Assembly (NCBI GenBank): GCA_965116905.1
Contig: OZ220732.1
Coordinates: 1,280,001 to 1,344,000, forward strand
Origin: Longimicrobiales bacterium
Lineage (GTDB): Bacteria; Gemmatimonadota; Gemmatimonadetes; Longimicrobiales; Gaopeijiaceae
Direction of reading: 5' to 3'
Length of the DNA stretch: 64,000 nt
Shown: positions 11,838 to 20,835 of the stretch, piece by piece
Position numbering within the stretch: position 1 is the first letter of the stretch
How the letters are laid out: each line of letters starts with the position of its first letter
Position numbers and translations under genes: made by a program
Notes under the pieces: generated by a model
What the model saw: the letters and a program-made list of their open reading frames with translations, nothing else
Told to the model about the DNA's origin: nothing
Database searches by the model: none

Positions 11838-14800
11838 CGCTGTAGTTCAGCATCGCGAGCGCGGGCACGACCAGCATCAGCAGGAACGTCGCGATCAGGA
11901 CGCCGAAGCCGACCGAGGTCGCGAGAGGCACGAGGTGCTGCGCGTAGGTGCTGGACTCGAAGACGATCGGGGCCACGCCCAGGAACGTCGTCAGGGAGGT
12001 CAGCAGGATGGGCCGGAAGCGGCTCTTGGCACCGGCGATGATCGCGTCGCGCGCTGACATTCCGGAGTCCCGCAGACCGTTGATGAACTTGATCATCATC
12101 AGCGAGTCGTTCACGACCACTCCGAAGACGCCGATCAGTCCGTAGAGCGACCAGAGGCCCCAGCTGAGTCCCAGCAGCATGTGTCCGGCCAGGGCGCCGA
12201 CCGCTCCCAGCGGCACGGCGGCCATGATGATGAGCGGCTGGGAGTAGGAACCGAAGGGGATCGCCATCAGCGCATACATCACGAGCAGTGCCAGGAAGAG
12301 CGACCTGCTCAGCACGGTGTACGCGTGCTCCTGGTCCTTTCGCAGGCCTCCGATGGTGTATTCCAGCCCAGGGTGCTCGTCGATCAGTCGCGGAAGAAGG
12401 TCGTTGTCCACGCTGCGGTTGGCCTGCGCGGCGGATGTGAGCCGCGGGTCGATATCGGCGGTGACCGTCACGGCCCGGCGGCTGTCGACCCGGTGTATGG
12501 TGGCGGCCGACCTGGCGAACCGCGCGGACGCCACCTGCCGCAGCGGCAGCTCGCCGCCCGGAGTCCGCACGATGTAGCGTTCAATGTCGGTCGGCGAATT
12601 CCGCTCGTCCTCCGGAAGCCGGACGTAGACGCGCATGTCCTCCCGGCCCCGCTGCACCCTGAGGGCCTCCGAACCGAAGAACGCGGAGCGTACCTGCCCC
12701 GCAAAGCTGTCCAGGGTCAGGTTCAGAGTGCGGGCTCCGGGCTTAAGTTCCAGCAGAAGCTCCCTGTATCCCTTGTCGAGGTTGTTCCGGACATCGAAGA
12801 CACCGTCCAGGGCGGCGACCTCGCTGGCGAACGCGCCCGCGGCGGCAGCGAGCTCCTCGGGGTCCGGGTGCGAGAGCTCGAAGTGGACCGGAAGCCCCAG
12901 TCCCAGCAGGTTCGAGGAAATCGACACCGACTCGGCCCCGGGGACCGGGCCAGCCTCCTCGCGCCACATCCTCTCGAAGGTCGAAGCGGCGATGTCGTGC
13001 TCCTCCCACCCCGTCAGCTTGAACTGGACGGCGCCCACGTGACCGCGCGGCGCACTGACCTCGTCGCCGGCCAGCGGATCGTAGAGCGCGGCCGCCTCGC
13101 CCACGGTGACCGCGACGTCGAATGCCAGGGACTCCCCGTCGCCGACGTGGTCTTCCGACAGCCGTGCGGCGGCCCTCCTTCCCGCGGCTTCGAGGTCCCC
13201 CAGCACCGCCGCCGTCCGTTCGCCGGGTGTCCCCACGGGCATCTCCACGTTGGCGGAAACGACCTCTCCCTCGATGGGCGTGAGGAACTGGTTGGGCACG
13301 ATCCCCGAGGCTACGACGGCGCCGGAGAGGACGAGCAGCGCGGTCGCCGAAGCCAGCACGACCAGCGGCTGATCGACCGCGAACCGCAACCCCTTCTCCA
13401 GCGGGCCGTCGGTGATTCGCTTGAGCAGCGCCTCGGTGCCTTGCTGCACCCGGCGAAGGAGCCGTGACGCCCGGTTGCGCGCCTTCCCGGCGGCTTCCCT
13501 GAGGTGCGACAGGTGATTCGGCAGCACCAGCAACGACTCGATCAGCGACAGGAAAAGGACCGCGATGACCACGATGGGAATGCTCCGGCCGAGCTTCCCC
13601 TGCGGTCCCGGAGCCGGCAGCAGCGCCGCAAACGCGGTCACGGTGGTGAGGACCGAGAAGATGACCGGGGTACTGACGATTCGAGTCCCCCGGATCGCCG
13701 CCGCGACGCCGCGAGCGCCGCGCTCCCGCTCGGTGAACACGCTCTCGCCCACCACGATCGCGTCGTCCACCACGATCCCCAGGGCAAGGACGAGCGCCAT
13801 CAGCGAGAACATGTTGATCGAGATGCCCATCAATCCCATCACCAGGAACGTCCCCGCGAACGCGACCCCCAGCCCCACGGCAACCCAGACCGCCAGCCGG
13901 ATCTGAAGGAAGAGCGCCAGACAGAGGAACACGAGCGCCAGTCCCAGCAGCGCATTCTCGATCATCAGGCCCAGGCGCCCCGCGACTTCCTCGGAGTCGT
14001 CCTTCCAGATGGCGATGCCGGTGCCCTCGGGAAGGGCCGGCAAGACCTCCGCCGCCAGGTAGTCGGTCACGACACGGGCGATGTCCAGCACCTGCTCGTC
14101 CGAGGTGCGAAACACGTCCACGCGAACCGCCGGCTGCCCGTTGTAGCGCACGCTGAGATCGGAGTCCGCGAATCCGTCCCGCACGTTGGCGATCTCGCCC
14201 AGCCGAACCGACGTGCCGTCCGGCCGCGTCAGAACGACGATGTCTTCGAAGTCCCCCTGGTCGTAGTTCTGTCCCAGGGTTCTGACGAGCACTTCCTCGT
14301 TGGCGGTCGACACCATGCCGGCGGACAGCTCGAGCGATCCCTGCCTCACGGCGAATGCGACATCGTCCAGCGTCAGGCCGAGGGCCCTCAGGTGCCTGAG
14401 CGGCACCTCGATCGAGATCTCGTAGTTCCGGGCGCCGCTGGTTTCGGCCAGAGAGACTTCCGGGAGAGAGGAGATCCCCTCTTCGATATCGTACGCCAGC
14501 TCCTTGAGCGTGCGTTCGGGGACATTGCCGTGGACGAGAAGCCGGATCACGCTCTGGCGACTCGTGATTTCGCGCACCTCGGGGCGTTCGGCGCCGGCCG
14601 GAAAGCTCGGAATGCGATCCACCCGCGCCTTGACGTCGTTCAGGGCGCGATTGATGTCGGTTCCCGACCTGAATTCGACGACGACGGTCCCCAGCCCTTC
14701 GGTAGCCGTCGATTCGATGCGTTGCAACCCGTCGACCGCCCGGATCTCCTCCTCGATCCGGCGAACGATGGACTCCTCCACCTCCTGTGGAGCGGCTCCC

Positions 14801-14967
14801 GGGTACGGCAACACGATCTGTACCCGTTCCAGCGAGAAGTCGGGCAGGACCTCCTGGACCAGATTGCCCGCGGCCCCGAGTCCGGCCAGAAGGAGGAACA
14901 GCATGAGGACATTGGCGGCGACGCCATTCCTCGCCATGAAGCCTATCGGACCGTTGGCGCCCTTCAC
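11797..14967 (-). CDS. RND efflux permease (AcrB-like)
   Basis: 1056 aa; GIVVDDAIVVGE and RFRPILLTSLTT motifs; two periplasmic loops. Confidence 0.92.
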   Translation of the reverse strand: MKGANGPIGFMARNGVAANVLMLFLLLAGLGAAGNLVQEVLPDFSLERVQIVLPYPGAAPQEVEESIVRRIEEEIRAVDGLQRIESTATEGLGTVVVEFRSGTDINRALNDVKARVDRIPSFPAGAERPEVREITSRQSVIRLLVHGNVPERTLKELAYDIEEGISSLPEVSLAETSGARNYEISIEVPLRHLRALGLTLDDVAFAVRQGSLELSAGMVSTANEEVLVRTLGQNYDQGDFEDIVVLTRPDGTSVRLGEIANVRDGFADSDLSVRYNGQPAVRVDVFRTSDEQVLDIARVVTDYLAAEVLPALPEGTGIAIWKDDSEEVAGRLGLMIENALLGLALVFLCLALFLQIRLAVWVAVGLGVAFAGTFLVMGLMGISINMFSLMALVLALGIVVDDAIVVGESVFTERERGARGVAAAIRGTRIVSTPVIFSVLTTVTAFAALLPAPGPQGKLGRSIPIVVIAVLFLSLIESLLVLPNHLSHLREAAGKARNRASRLLRRVQQGTEALLKRITDGPLEKGLRFAVDQPLVVLASATALLVLSGAVVASGIVPNQFLTPIEGEVVSANVEMPVGTPGERTAAVLGDLEAAGRRAAARLSEDHVGDGESLAFDVAVTVGEAAALYDPLAGDEVSAPRGHVGAVQFKLTGWEEHDIAASTFERMWREEAGPVPGAESVSISSNLLGLGLPVHFELSHPDPEELAAAAGAFASEVAALDGVFDVRNNLDKGYRELLLELKPGARTLNLTLDSFAGQVRSAFFGSEALRVQRGREDMRVYVRLPEDERNSPTDIERYIVRTPGGELPLRQVASARFARSAATIHRVDSRRAVTVTADIDPRLTSAAQANRSVDNDLLPRLIDEHPGLEYTIGGLRKDQEHAYTVLSRSLFLALLVMYALMAIPFGSYSQPLIIMAAVPLGAVGALAGHMLLGLSWGLWSLYGLIGVFGVVVNDSLMMIKFINGLRDSGMSARDAIIAGAKSRFRPILLTSLTTFLGVAPIVFESSTYAQHLVPLATSVGFGVLIATFLLMLVVPALAMLNYSVTEWIGAWRAKAA

Positions 14968-15009
14968 CTGGCCGTCACGCGACCCGGGAGTCAGCCAAGG
15001 GGGCCGCCT

Positions 15010-15300
15010 CTAGCGGGCCGAGGTCGCGAAGTCGATTCGCTCCGCCAGCTTGAGGTCCCGCTCCGTCACGCCCCCGGCGTCATGCGACCAGAGATGGAGG
15101 GACACCCGGTCGTACCGGATCTGGATATCCGGGTGGTGACCCTCCTCGTCGGCGATCGTCGCGACCCGGTTGACGAACACGATGGCGCTCCGGAACGAGG
15201 GGAACACGTAGTGTTTGCGTATTCCGTTGTCCGTGAACCTCCACCTGGAATGCGCGGCGGTCCACTCCTCGATCTGACTCGGGGAAAGCTTGTCTGCCAT
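15010..15300 (-). CDS. phhB: pterin-4-alpha-carbinolamine dehydratase
   Basis: FVNRVATIADEEGHHPDI...WSHDAGGVTERD motif. Confidence 0.92.
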   Translation of the reverse strand: MADKLSPSQIEEWTAAHSRWRFTDNGIRKHYVFPSFRSAIVFVNRVATIADEEGHHPDIQIRYDRVSLHLWSHDAGGVTERDLKLAERIDFATSAR

Positions 15301-15392
15301 CGGTCCCCACGGGTAATTCACGGCCTTCTGGACGACCCAGCCAACGTCCCTCTTCGACTACTATCATAACGCCATGGTTGGACCGGTGCACG

Positions 15393-16388
15393 ATGCGGGA
15401 TACATTTGTTTGCGTGGCCACGCTTCAAGAGCTCCTGGTACAGTCGAGCCGCACCTTCGCGGTGGGTATCGACCTGCTTCCCGCGCCCCTGCGGGACGAA
15501 ATCACCGTCGCCTACCTTCTTCTCCGCGTGTCCGACTACCTGGAGGACAACCAGGAACTCGGGGACGACGAGAAGATCGGCCTGCTGAACGAATGGCGGC
15601 GAGTGCTGGAGGGGCACGGCGACGGGGACGCCTTCGCCGCCCGACTCGAAGAGGCCCGCGAAGCAACCCCGGACGCGCTTGTCGCACGGCAGGCGGCCAC
15701 CGTCCTCGGCGCACTCGACCGGCTGGCGCCCGAGGCGCGGGACATCCTGGTGAGGCGGGTCCGGGAGTCGAGCGCCGGGATGGCCCGCTGGACCGAGAGG
15801 GGATCGGTCTTCCGGAACGAGGCGGACCTCGACGACTACATGCACGAGGTGGCCGGGCGGGTGGGGTACCTGCTCACCGAGCTCTTCGCCCTCCGGCTCC
15901 GGCGGCTTCGGGGCGAGCGGGAGCGCATGATGGAACTCGGGCGTGAGTTCGGCCTGGCCCTCCAGACGGTCAACGTGATCAGGGGTCTCCACGAGGACCG
16001 CGACCGCGGCTGGGTGTACGTGCCGGCCGCGTTCCTTCCGGATCCCCGCATCCGCCCCGGCGAGCTCTTCGATCCGGCCAACCGGAACGCTGCCATGGCG
16101 GTCCTGGACAGACTCGTGCGCAAGGCGGATCGCCATCTGGCGGCGGCTCGCGCGTATATCCGCCTGATCCCCCGCGGAAACCACAGGGTGCGGCTCTTCT
16201 GCCTGCTCCCGCTGCTCTTTGCGGTGCGCACCCTCGCGATCAGCCGCGCCAACCCGACGGTGCTGAAGCGGGAGACCAAGATGACGCGCCGCGAAGTCGA
16301 GGTCATCACCCGCCGGGCGAAGGTCTGGGGCTTCTCGAACGGGTGGATCGACTGGTACTGCAGACGACTGGAGACCCGGGGCGCGTAG
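15393..16388 (+). CDS. squalene/phytoene synthase family protein
   Basis: SRTFA, AYLLLRVSDYLED, YMHEVAGRVG, GLALQTVNVIR; start codon uncertain. Confidence 0.85.
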   Translation: MRDTFVCVATLQELLVQSSRTFAVGIDLLPAPLRDEITVAYLLLRVSDYLEDNQELGDDEKIGLLNEWRRVLEGHGDGDAFAARLEEAREATPDALVARQAATVLGALDRLAPEARDILVRRVRESSAGMARWTERGSVFRNEADLDDYMHEVAGRVGYLLTELFALRLRRLRGERERMMELGREFGLALQTVNVIRGLHEDRDRGWVYVPAAFLPDPRIRPGELFDPANRNAAMAVLDRLVRKADRHLAAARAYIRLIPRGNHRVRLFCLLPLLFAVRTLAISRANPTVLKRETKMTRREVEVITRRAKVWGFSNGWIDWYCRRLETRGA

Positions 16389-16437
16389 GGCACTCGTGCA
16401 GGGTACTCGCGCACGACACCGGCGGTGCGTACGGCTG

Positions 16438-16466
16438 TTGACCCCTATTCCGAGTTTCCGTAACTT
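16438..16466 (+). promoter_or_regulatory. sigma70 promoter of the tRNA operon
   Basis: TTGACC-N17-TAACTT ending 11 nt before tRNA-fMet. Confidence 0.75.
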
Positions 16467-16477
16467 AAAGATCTCAC

Positions 16478-16551
<74 letters not shown>

Positions 16552-16710
16552 TACAAGCGACGGAGTGTCTCCGGGAACGCCGCCTCAGCGCGGCGTTTCT
16601 GGCGTAGCGGCCCGGGGTACCGGGACTTGGATCGGCCAGGCCGACCGGTGGTTCCATGCGAACCCGCCGGCAGGGCCCGGTCGGTTTTTGTCGGAGCGAT
16701 GTCGGGCTTC

Positions 16711-16783
16711 GGCCAGGTAGCTCAGTTGGTAGAGCACGCGACTGAAAATCGCGGTGTCGGCGGTTCAATTCCGTCCCTGGCCA
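16711..16783 (+). tRNA. tRNA-Phe (GAA)
   Basis: Cloverleaf, anticodon loop CTGAAAA. Confidence 0.95.
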
Positions 16784-16795
16784 TTGGTTGACGCT

Positions 16796-16869
16796 AGGTC
16801 CGTAGCTCAATTTGGTAGAGCACCGGTCTCCAAAACCGGCGGTTGGGGGTTCGAGTCCCTCCGGGCCTG
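16796..16869 (+). tRNA. tRNA-Trp (CCA)
   Basis: Cloverleaf, loop CTCCAAA, G73. Confidence 0.95.
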
Positions 16870-16885
16870 TAGCCGACGGAGGTTC

Positions 16886-16957
16886 GCCCTCATCGTCTAA
16901 CGGTTAGGACACCACTCTTTCAAGGTGGAGATCGGGGTTCGATTCCCCGTGAGGGTA
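16886..16957 (+). tRNA. tRNA-Glu (TTC)
   Basis: Cloverleaf, loop CTTTCAA. Confidence 0.93.
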
Positions 16958-16993
16958 CTTGGCCGGCGCGGGTTGCCGGCCGCGAGGAAAATT

Positions 16994-17068
16994 GGGGCTG
17001 TAGCTCAGTTTGGTTAGAGTGCCGGTCTGTCACACCGGAGGCCGCGGGTTCGAGTCCCGTCAGCCCCG
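16994..17068 (+). tRNA. tRNA-Asp (GTC)
   Basis: Cloverleaf, loop CTGTCAC, G73. Confidence 0.95.
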
Positions 17069-17107
17069 CTGGCTGGTTTTTGAAAATATGGGTCGTGGAG
17101 CGGGTTT

Positions 17108-17180
17108 GGGGCCGTAGCTCAGTTGGGAGAGCGCCTGAATGGCATTCAGGAGGTCAGGGGTTCGACTCCCCTCGGCTCCA
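17108..17180 (+). tRNA. tRNA-Ala (GGC)
   Basis: Cloverleaf, G3:U70, anticodon GGC. Confidence 0.95.
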
Positions 17181-17203
17181 TTCACCGGATCGATGTGCCG
17201 AAG

Positions 17204-17288
17204 GCTCGGGTGGCGGAATTGGTAGACGCGCAGGATTCAGGATCCTGTGGGGGTTAACCCCGTGAGGGTTCGAGTCCCTCCCCGAGCA
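17204..17288 (+). tRNA. tRNA-Leu (CAG)
   Basis: Long variable arm, loop TTCAGGA. Confidence 0.95.
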
Positions 17289-17319
17289 TTGGCCGGAGCT
17301 GGCAGGCCAGGCTGGGAAC

Positions 17320-17403
17320 GCCCACGTGCTGGAATTGGTAGACAGGCTGGTTTGAGGGACCAGTGTTCGAAAGGACGTACAGGTTCGAGTCCTGTCGTGG
17401 GCA
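17320..17403 (+). tRNA. tRNA-Leu (GAG)
   Basis: Long variable arm, loop TTGAGGG. Confidence 0.95.
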
Positions 17404-17434
17404 CTGAGTTTTTCGGCGATCATCGATTGGCGGA

Positions 17435-17508
17435 GCGCCCGTAGCTCAATTGGATAGAGTACCTGACTACGGATCAGGGGGTTGGGGGTTCGAGTCCTCC
17501 CGGGCGTA
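17435..17508 (+). tRNA. tRNA-Arg (ACG)
   Basis: Cloverleaf, loop CTACGGA. Confidence 0.95.
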
Positions 17509-17516
17509 TTGGTGCA

Positions 17517-17590
17517 GGGCGCGTAGCTCAGCTGGCTAGAGTGCCACGTTGACATCGTGGAGGTCACAGGTTCAAGTCCTGTCGCGCCCA
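17517..17590 (+). tRNA. tRNA-Val (GAC)
   Basis: Cloverleaf, loop TTGACAT. Confidence 0.95.
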
Positions 17591-17620
17591 CTGGCAGTCC
17601 GCGGATGACCCGCGCGAGCA

Positions 17621-17693
17621 GGGGCCGTAGCTCAGTTGGGAGAGCGCAGCGTTCGCAACGCTGAGGTCAGGGGTTCGACTCCCCTCGGCTCCA
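17621..17693 (+). tRNA. tRNA-Ala (CGC)
   Basis: Same body as Ala(GGC), loop TTCGCAA. Confidence 0.95.
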
Positions 17694-17755
17694 CTGGCGA
17701 GGCGGCGACACGGCGGGGCCGCCGGGCCGTCCGCTTGCCGCCCGCCGGAAACATC

Positions 17756-17828
17756 GCCACCGTAGCTCAGCTGGTAGAGCACGTCACTCGTAATGACGGG
17801 GTCGTCGGTTCGAGTCCGACCGGTGGCT
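17756..17828 (+). tRNA. tRNA-Thr (CGT)
   Basis: Cloverleaf, loop CTCGTAA. Confidence 0.95.
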
Positions 17829-17834
17829 CTAGCT

Positions 17835-17907
17835 AGCCCCGTGGTGTAATTGGCAACACGTCTGACTCTGGATCAGAAGAGTCCTGGTTCGAGCCCAGGC
17901 GGGGCTA
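17835..17907 (+). tRNA. tRNA-Gln (CTG)
   Basis: Cloverleaf, loop CTCTGGA; A1-U72 pair. Confidence 0.93.
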
Positions 17908-17910
17908 CTT

Positions 17911-17995
17911 GGAGGGATGGCTGAGCGGCTAAAAGCGGCGCCCTGCTAAGGCGTTGGTCCCAGTGACCACGTGGGTTCGAATCCCACTCCCTCCG
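17911..17995 (+). tRNA. tRNA-Ser (GCT)
   Basis: Long variable arm, loop CTGCTAA, G73. Confidence 0.95.
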
Positions 17996-18127
17996 TGAAC
18001 GGCAGTGAACGGTGGGAGTGGGGTTCGAACTTGTTCGAGCCGGAGGCGGTCGCGCCGCCAGGCGCGAACGCCGGAGACGGCCGAGGACGGCGACAGCCGC
18101 CCACAGGCCCATCCCACTCCCTTTCCA
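17996..18127 (+). repeat. tRNA-Ser-associated ~132-bp element, copy 1
   Basis: Inverted copy of the host tRNA 3' end (18010-18030), conserved core shared with copy 2, direct copy of the tRNA 3' end (18111-18122). Confidence 0.85.
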
Positions 18128-18160
18128 GGAGTGCGGCACACTCGCTCAGACGACCCCCCG

Positions 18161-18245
18161 GGAGGCGTAGTCCTAATTGGTAAGGCACCGCACTCGAAAT
18201 GCGGCGTGCGTCAAGCACTTGGGGGTTCGAGTCCCTCCGCCTCCG
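18161..18245 (+). tRNA. tRNA-Ser (CGA)
   Basis: Long variable arm, loop CTCGAAA, G73. Confidence 0.95.
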
Positions 18246-18263
18246 CTCAGGGAATCTTCAAAA

Positions 18264-18337
18264 CGGGGCGTGGCTCAGTCCGGTAGAGCGCTGCGTTCGG
18301 GTCGCAGAGGTCCCCGGTTCGAATCCGGGCGCCCCGA
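18264..18337 (+). tRNA. tRNA-Pro (CGG)
   Basis: C1-G72, loop TTCGGGT. Confidence 0.95.
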
Positions 18338-18348
18338 TTACCAACCGA

Positions 18349-18432
18349 GGACGGGTGGCCGAGTGGCTTAAGGCGCACGACTGGAAATCGTGTGGGCATC
18401 TGCCCGCGTGGGTTCGAATCCCACCCCGTCCG
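18349..18432 (+). tRNA. tRNA-Ser (GGA)
   Basis: Long variable arm, loop CTGGAAA, G73. Confidence 0.95.
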
Positions 18433-18565
18433 TGAAGCGTCAGCGAACTGACGGGGTGGGGTTCGAACTTGTTCGAGCCGGAGGCGGCCGCGCCGCCAGG
18501 CGCGGGCGCCGGAGACTACCGAGGAGCGGCGGCAGCCGCCCGGAGGTTCATCCCACCCCGTCCGT
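18433..18565 (+). repeat. tRNA-Ser-associated ~132-bp element, copy 2
   Basis: Inverted copy of the host tRNA 3' end (18448-18468), conserved core, perfect 16-bp direct repeat ATCCCACCCCGTCCGT (18550-18565 = 18418-18433). Confidence 0.85.
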
Positions 18566-18576
18566 TGAGCTTCGAC

Positions 18577-19656
18577 ATGACCCCCCAAATCGTTCGCTTC
18601 GCTCCGTTGCTCCTGGGGAACTTGCTGGGTTGGAACAGTGGCGATCCACTAACCCGTCCCGTCATCCCCGGACCTGTTTCCGTAGAGCTCCAGCGTGACA
18701 CGTTGCTGTTGGAGATCGGGGTCATTGCGGGAGACCAGAACCAGGTTTTCGGCAACATCCGTGACGTCGACGTGGATGGGGATGGGAACATCCTGATTCT
18801 TGACGATCAGGACTTCAGTTTGTCCTGGTTTGGACCGGATGGGCGCTTTCGCGGCAGAACCGGACGTGACGGTGGCGGCCCCGGCGAGTTTCGAGCCCCC
18901 GCGGGTTTGGCCGTTAGTCCAGCGGGTCAGATTCACGTTTTGGATGCAGCCTCCCGAAAGGTCGTAGAGTTCGCACTGGGCGAGGAAGGCCTGGAGTTCG
19001 TTCGCAGCTTTCAGGCGCCAGTCCAAGGCAGCGACATGTGCCTTATCGACGGTCGCCTCGTTGTGCTGGGCCAGGCGTCGGATGGCGCACCCAAGGTCTA
19101 CATCCTGTCAGAGGAGGGCGAGGTGATTCGGTCGTTTGGACCAGGCTTTCCGCGCCAGCTACCTCCTCGTGGCCTGGAGAGATTCACAGCTTTTTTTGCC
19201 TCCAGTAATGGACGGGGCTATGTCCACTGCGCAGGAGGGGATGTCCTCGCGGTTGCCAGCGAGCGCCTGGGGATCGTGCGCTGGTTTTCTACACAGGGCG
19301 ACTTCATTCGTGAGGTAACGATCAACGGATTCAGCCCCGTCACGTGGACGCCAAGTCCCGGCGGTGGCCTGTCCATGGGAGTCGACCCGGCAACTGGCGT
19401 TGCCAACACGCTCTCGCACTTGTCAGGTGGAGGACCTGGACAGATCGTCGCCACGATACACACAGCATCAATGGAGGATATGGAGGGGCGTCTCGATATC
19501 TACGTACTCGACCTGGAGGCGGGCGAACAGTCGTCTCCGATCCCATCGGAGGCAGTTGCTTCAGCATTTGCGCACCACCGGCTCTACAGTCTCGTTCGCG
19601 ATCCCTATCCCAAGGTCCTGGTTCAGACAATTCCACAATGGTTGCGGCGACATTGA
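18577..19656 (+). CDS. 6-bladed beta-propeller (NHL-like) secreted protein
   Basis: FGNIRDVDVDGDGNILILD...GRDGGGPGEFRAP motif; visibly lower GC than the backbone. Confidence 0.75.
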   Translation: MTPQIVRFAPLLLGNLLGWNSGDPLTRPVIPGPVSVELQRDTLLLEIGVIAGDQNQVFGNIRDVDVDGDGNILILDDQDFSLSWFGPDGRFRGRTGRDGGGPGEFRAPAGLAVSPAGQIHVLDAASRKVVEFALGEEGLEFVRSFQAPVQGSDMCLIDGRLVVLGQASDGAPKVYILSEEGEVIRSFGPGFPRQLPPRGLERFTAFFASSNGRGYVHCAGGDVLAVASERLGIVRWFSTQGDFIREVTINGFSPVTWTPSPGGGLSMGVDPATGVANTLSHLSGGGPGQIVATIHTASMEDMEGRLDIYVLDLEAGEQSSPIPSEAVASAFAHHRLYSLVRDPYPKVLVQTIPQWLRRH

Positions 19657-19717
19657 CACGTAGCGTGAGTCAGACCAGGCTGCCTTGGCTCGCCCTGGAG
19701 CGTGCAATACGACCGAA

Positions 19718-20827
19718 TCAACGTGAGGCGAAACTCAGGCCGGAGACGTCGTACCAGTCGATCCCACGCCGCGGGACGCCGCTCGGGTCGTCATCCGTCA
19801 ACGGACGGTCTACAAGTACGACCAGGCTGGAGCCACGCCGATCGAACGCAACCATGCTGTGGCGTACACGCACAGTACCCGCATAGGCCTGTGCCTCATA
19901 GACATCGATGTAGGAGAATGCATCCCGGTCCCGGGTAGTCGCCACCCAAAAGCGCCCGTGGTCGTCAACTGTGTGCCCGGACATTCTGGACCACGGCACG
20001 ACCGTGTTTCGGAACTCGGCCAAATCGGCTCTCGAAGGCTCCACGGCCCCGCCGGTCATGGCCTTTACCCCCTGAACGTACGTGGCCACATCGCGCTCGC
20101 CGGGGTAGTTCTCGGTGTAGGTGGGTGAGTCAACGACCGCCGAAGGGAGCCTGTCGTCCCGGTTCGCAAACCACACGGTCTTTTGTCCCTGGCAGGTGAC
20201 GAAGACCAACCCTCCGCCGGGAATCGGATGGCCAATTCCGAGGGTCGTGGCGTCGGGTGTCACCCCGTCGCTGCATTGGACTAGTTCCGGCGAAAAAAAG
20301 CGCTCCCAGACGAATCGCCCACTGGCGATTTCCACTTCGACCTGATGGCGCCTGCCAGTCTGCCGGTTGTAATGGGCACCCGCCACGGCCGATGATAGTG
20401 GCGTGACCGGGATGAGGTCGGGGATCGGTGACGAGGACACCACGGTAGTAGGCCTGGTGCTCGAGGTCTGGAAGACCGTCACACGATTCAATCGGAGGTC
20501 GAACGCCGCAAGCGTTCCTCCGGGACCGGGTCCCAGTAGGAGAGACCCCCGAAACTCTCCAGGACCCTCCCCTCGTCGTCCAAACCTCCAAAGCCTGTCC
20601 TGTGGGTTGGTACAGTAGACTTGGACGTTGTAGCCATCGACCACACAGGCAACGGAGTCGCTGGCTAGCGCGATTCCCCGCGACGGGCTATAGGGAGCCC
20701 GGGATTCGGCAAACGGCTCCGGAGATAGCACGAACTCCTGCGCCGATCGAGCATTCGGCCCGGCGCAGGAGGCTGTGCCGATGAACAGAACCACCGCTGT
20801 GACGCACGGCACGAGCCTTTGCCACAT
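19718..20827 (-). CDS. 6-bladed beta-propeller lipoprotein
   Basis: Lipobox-like FIGTASC; FGRRGEGPGEF; VDDHGRFWV. Confidence 0.72.
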   Translation of the reverse strand: MWQRLVPCVTAVVLFIGTASCAGPNARSAQEFVLSPEPFAESRAPYSPSRGIALASDSVACVVDGYNVQVYCTNPQDRLWRFGRRGEGPGEFRGSLLLGPGPGGTLAAFDLRLNRVTVFQTSSTRPTTVVSSSPIPDLIPVTPLSSAVAGAHYNRQTGRRHQVEVEIASGRFVWERFFSPELVQCSDGVTPDATTLGIGHPIPGGGLVFVTCQGQKTVWFANRDDRLPSAVVDSPTYTENYPGERDVATYVQGVKAMTGGAVEPSRADLAEFRNTVVPWSRMSGHTVDDHGRFWVATTRDRDAFSYIDVYEAQAYAGTVRVRHSMVAFDRRGSSLVVLVDRPLTDDDPSGVPRRGIDWYDVSGLSFASR

Positions 20828-20835
20828 GAGCGCCA

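Noticed and set aside
16552..16710. ncRNA between tRNA-fMet and tRNA-Phe
   Set aside because: It has GC hairpins, one followed by a T-run (possible terminator or processing site), but no RNA family I can recognise
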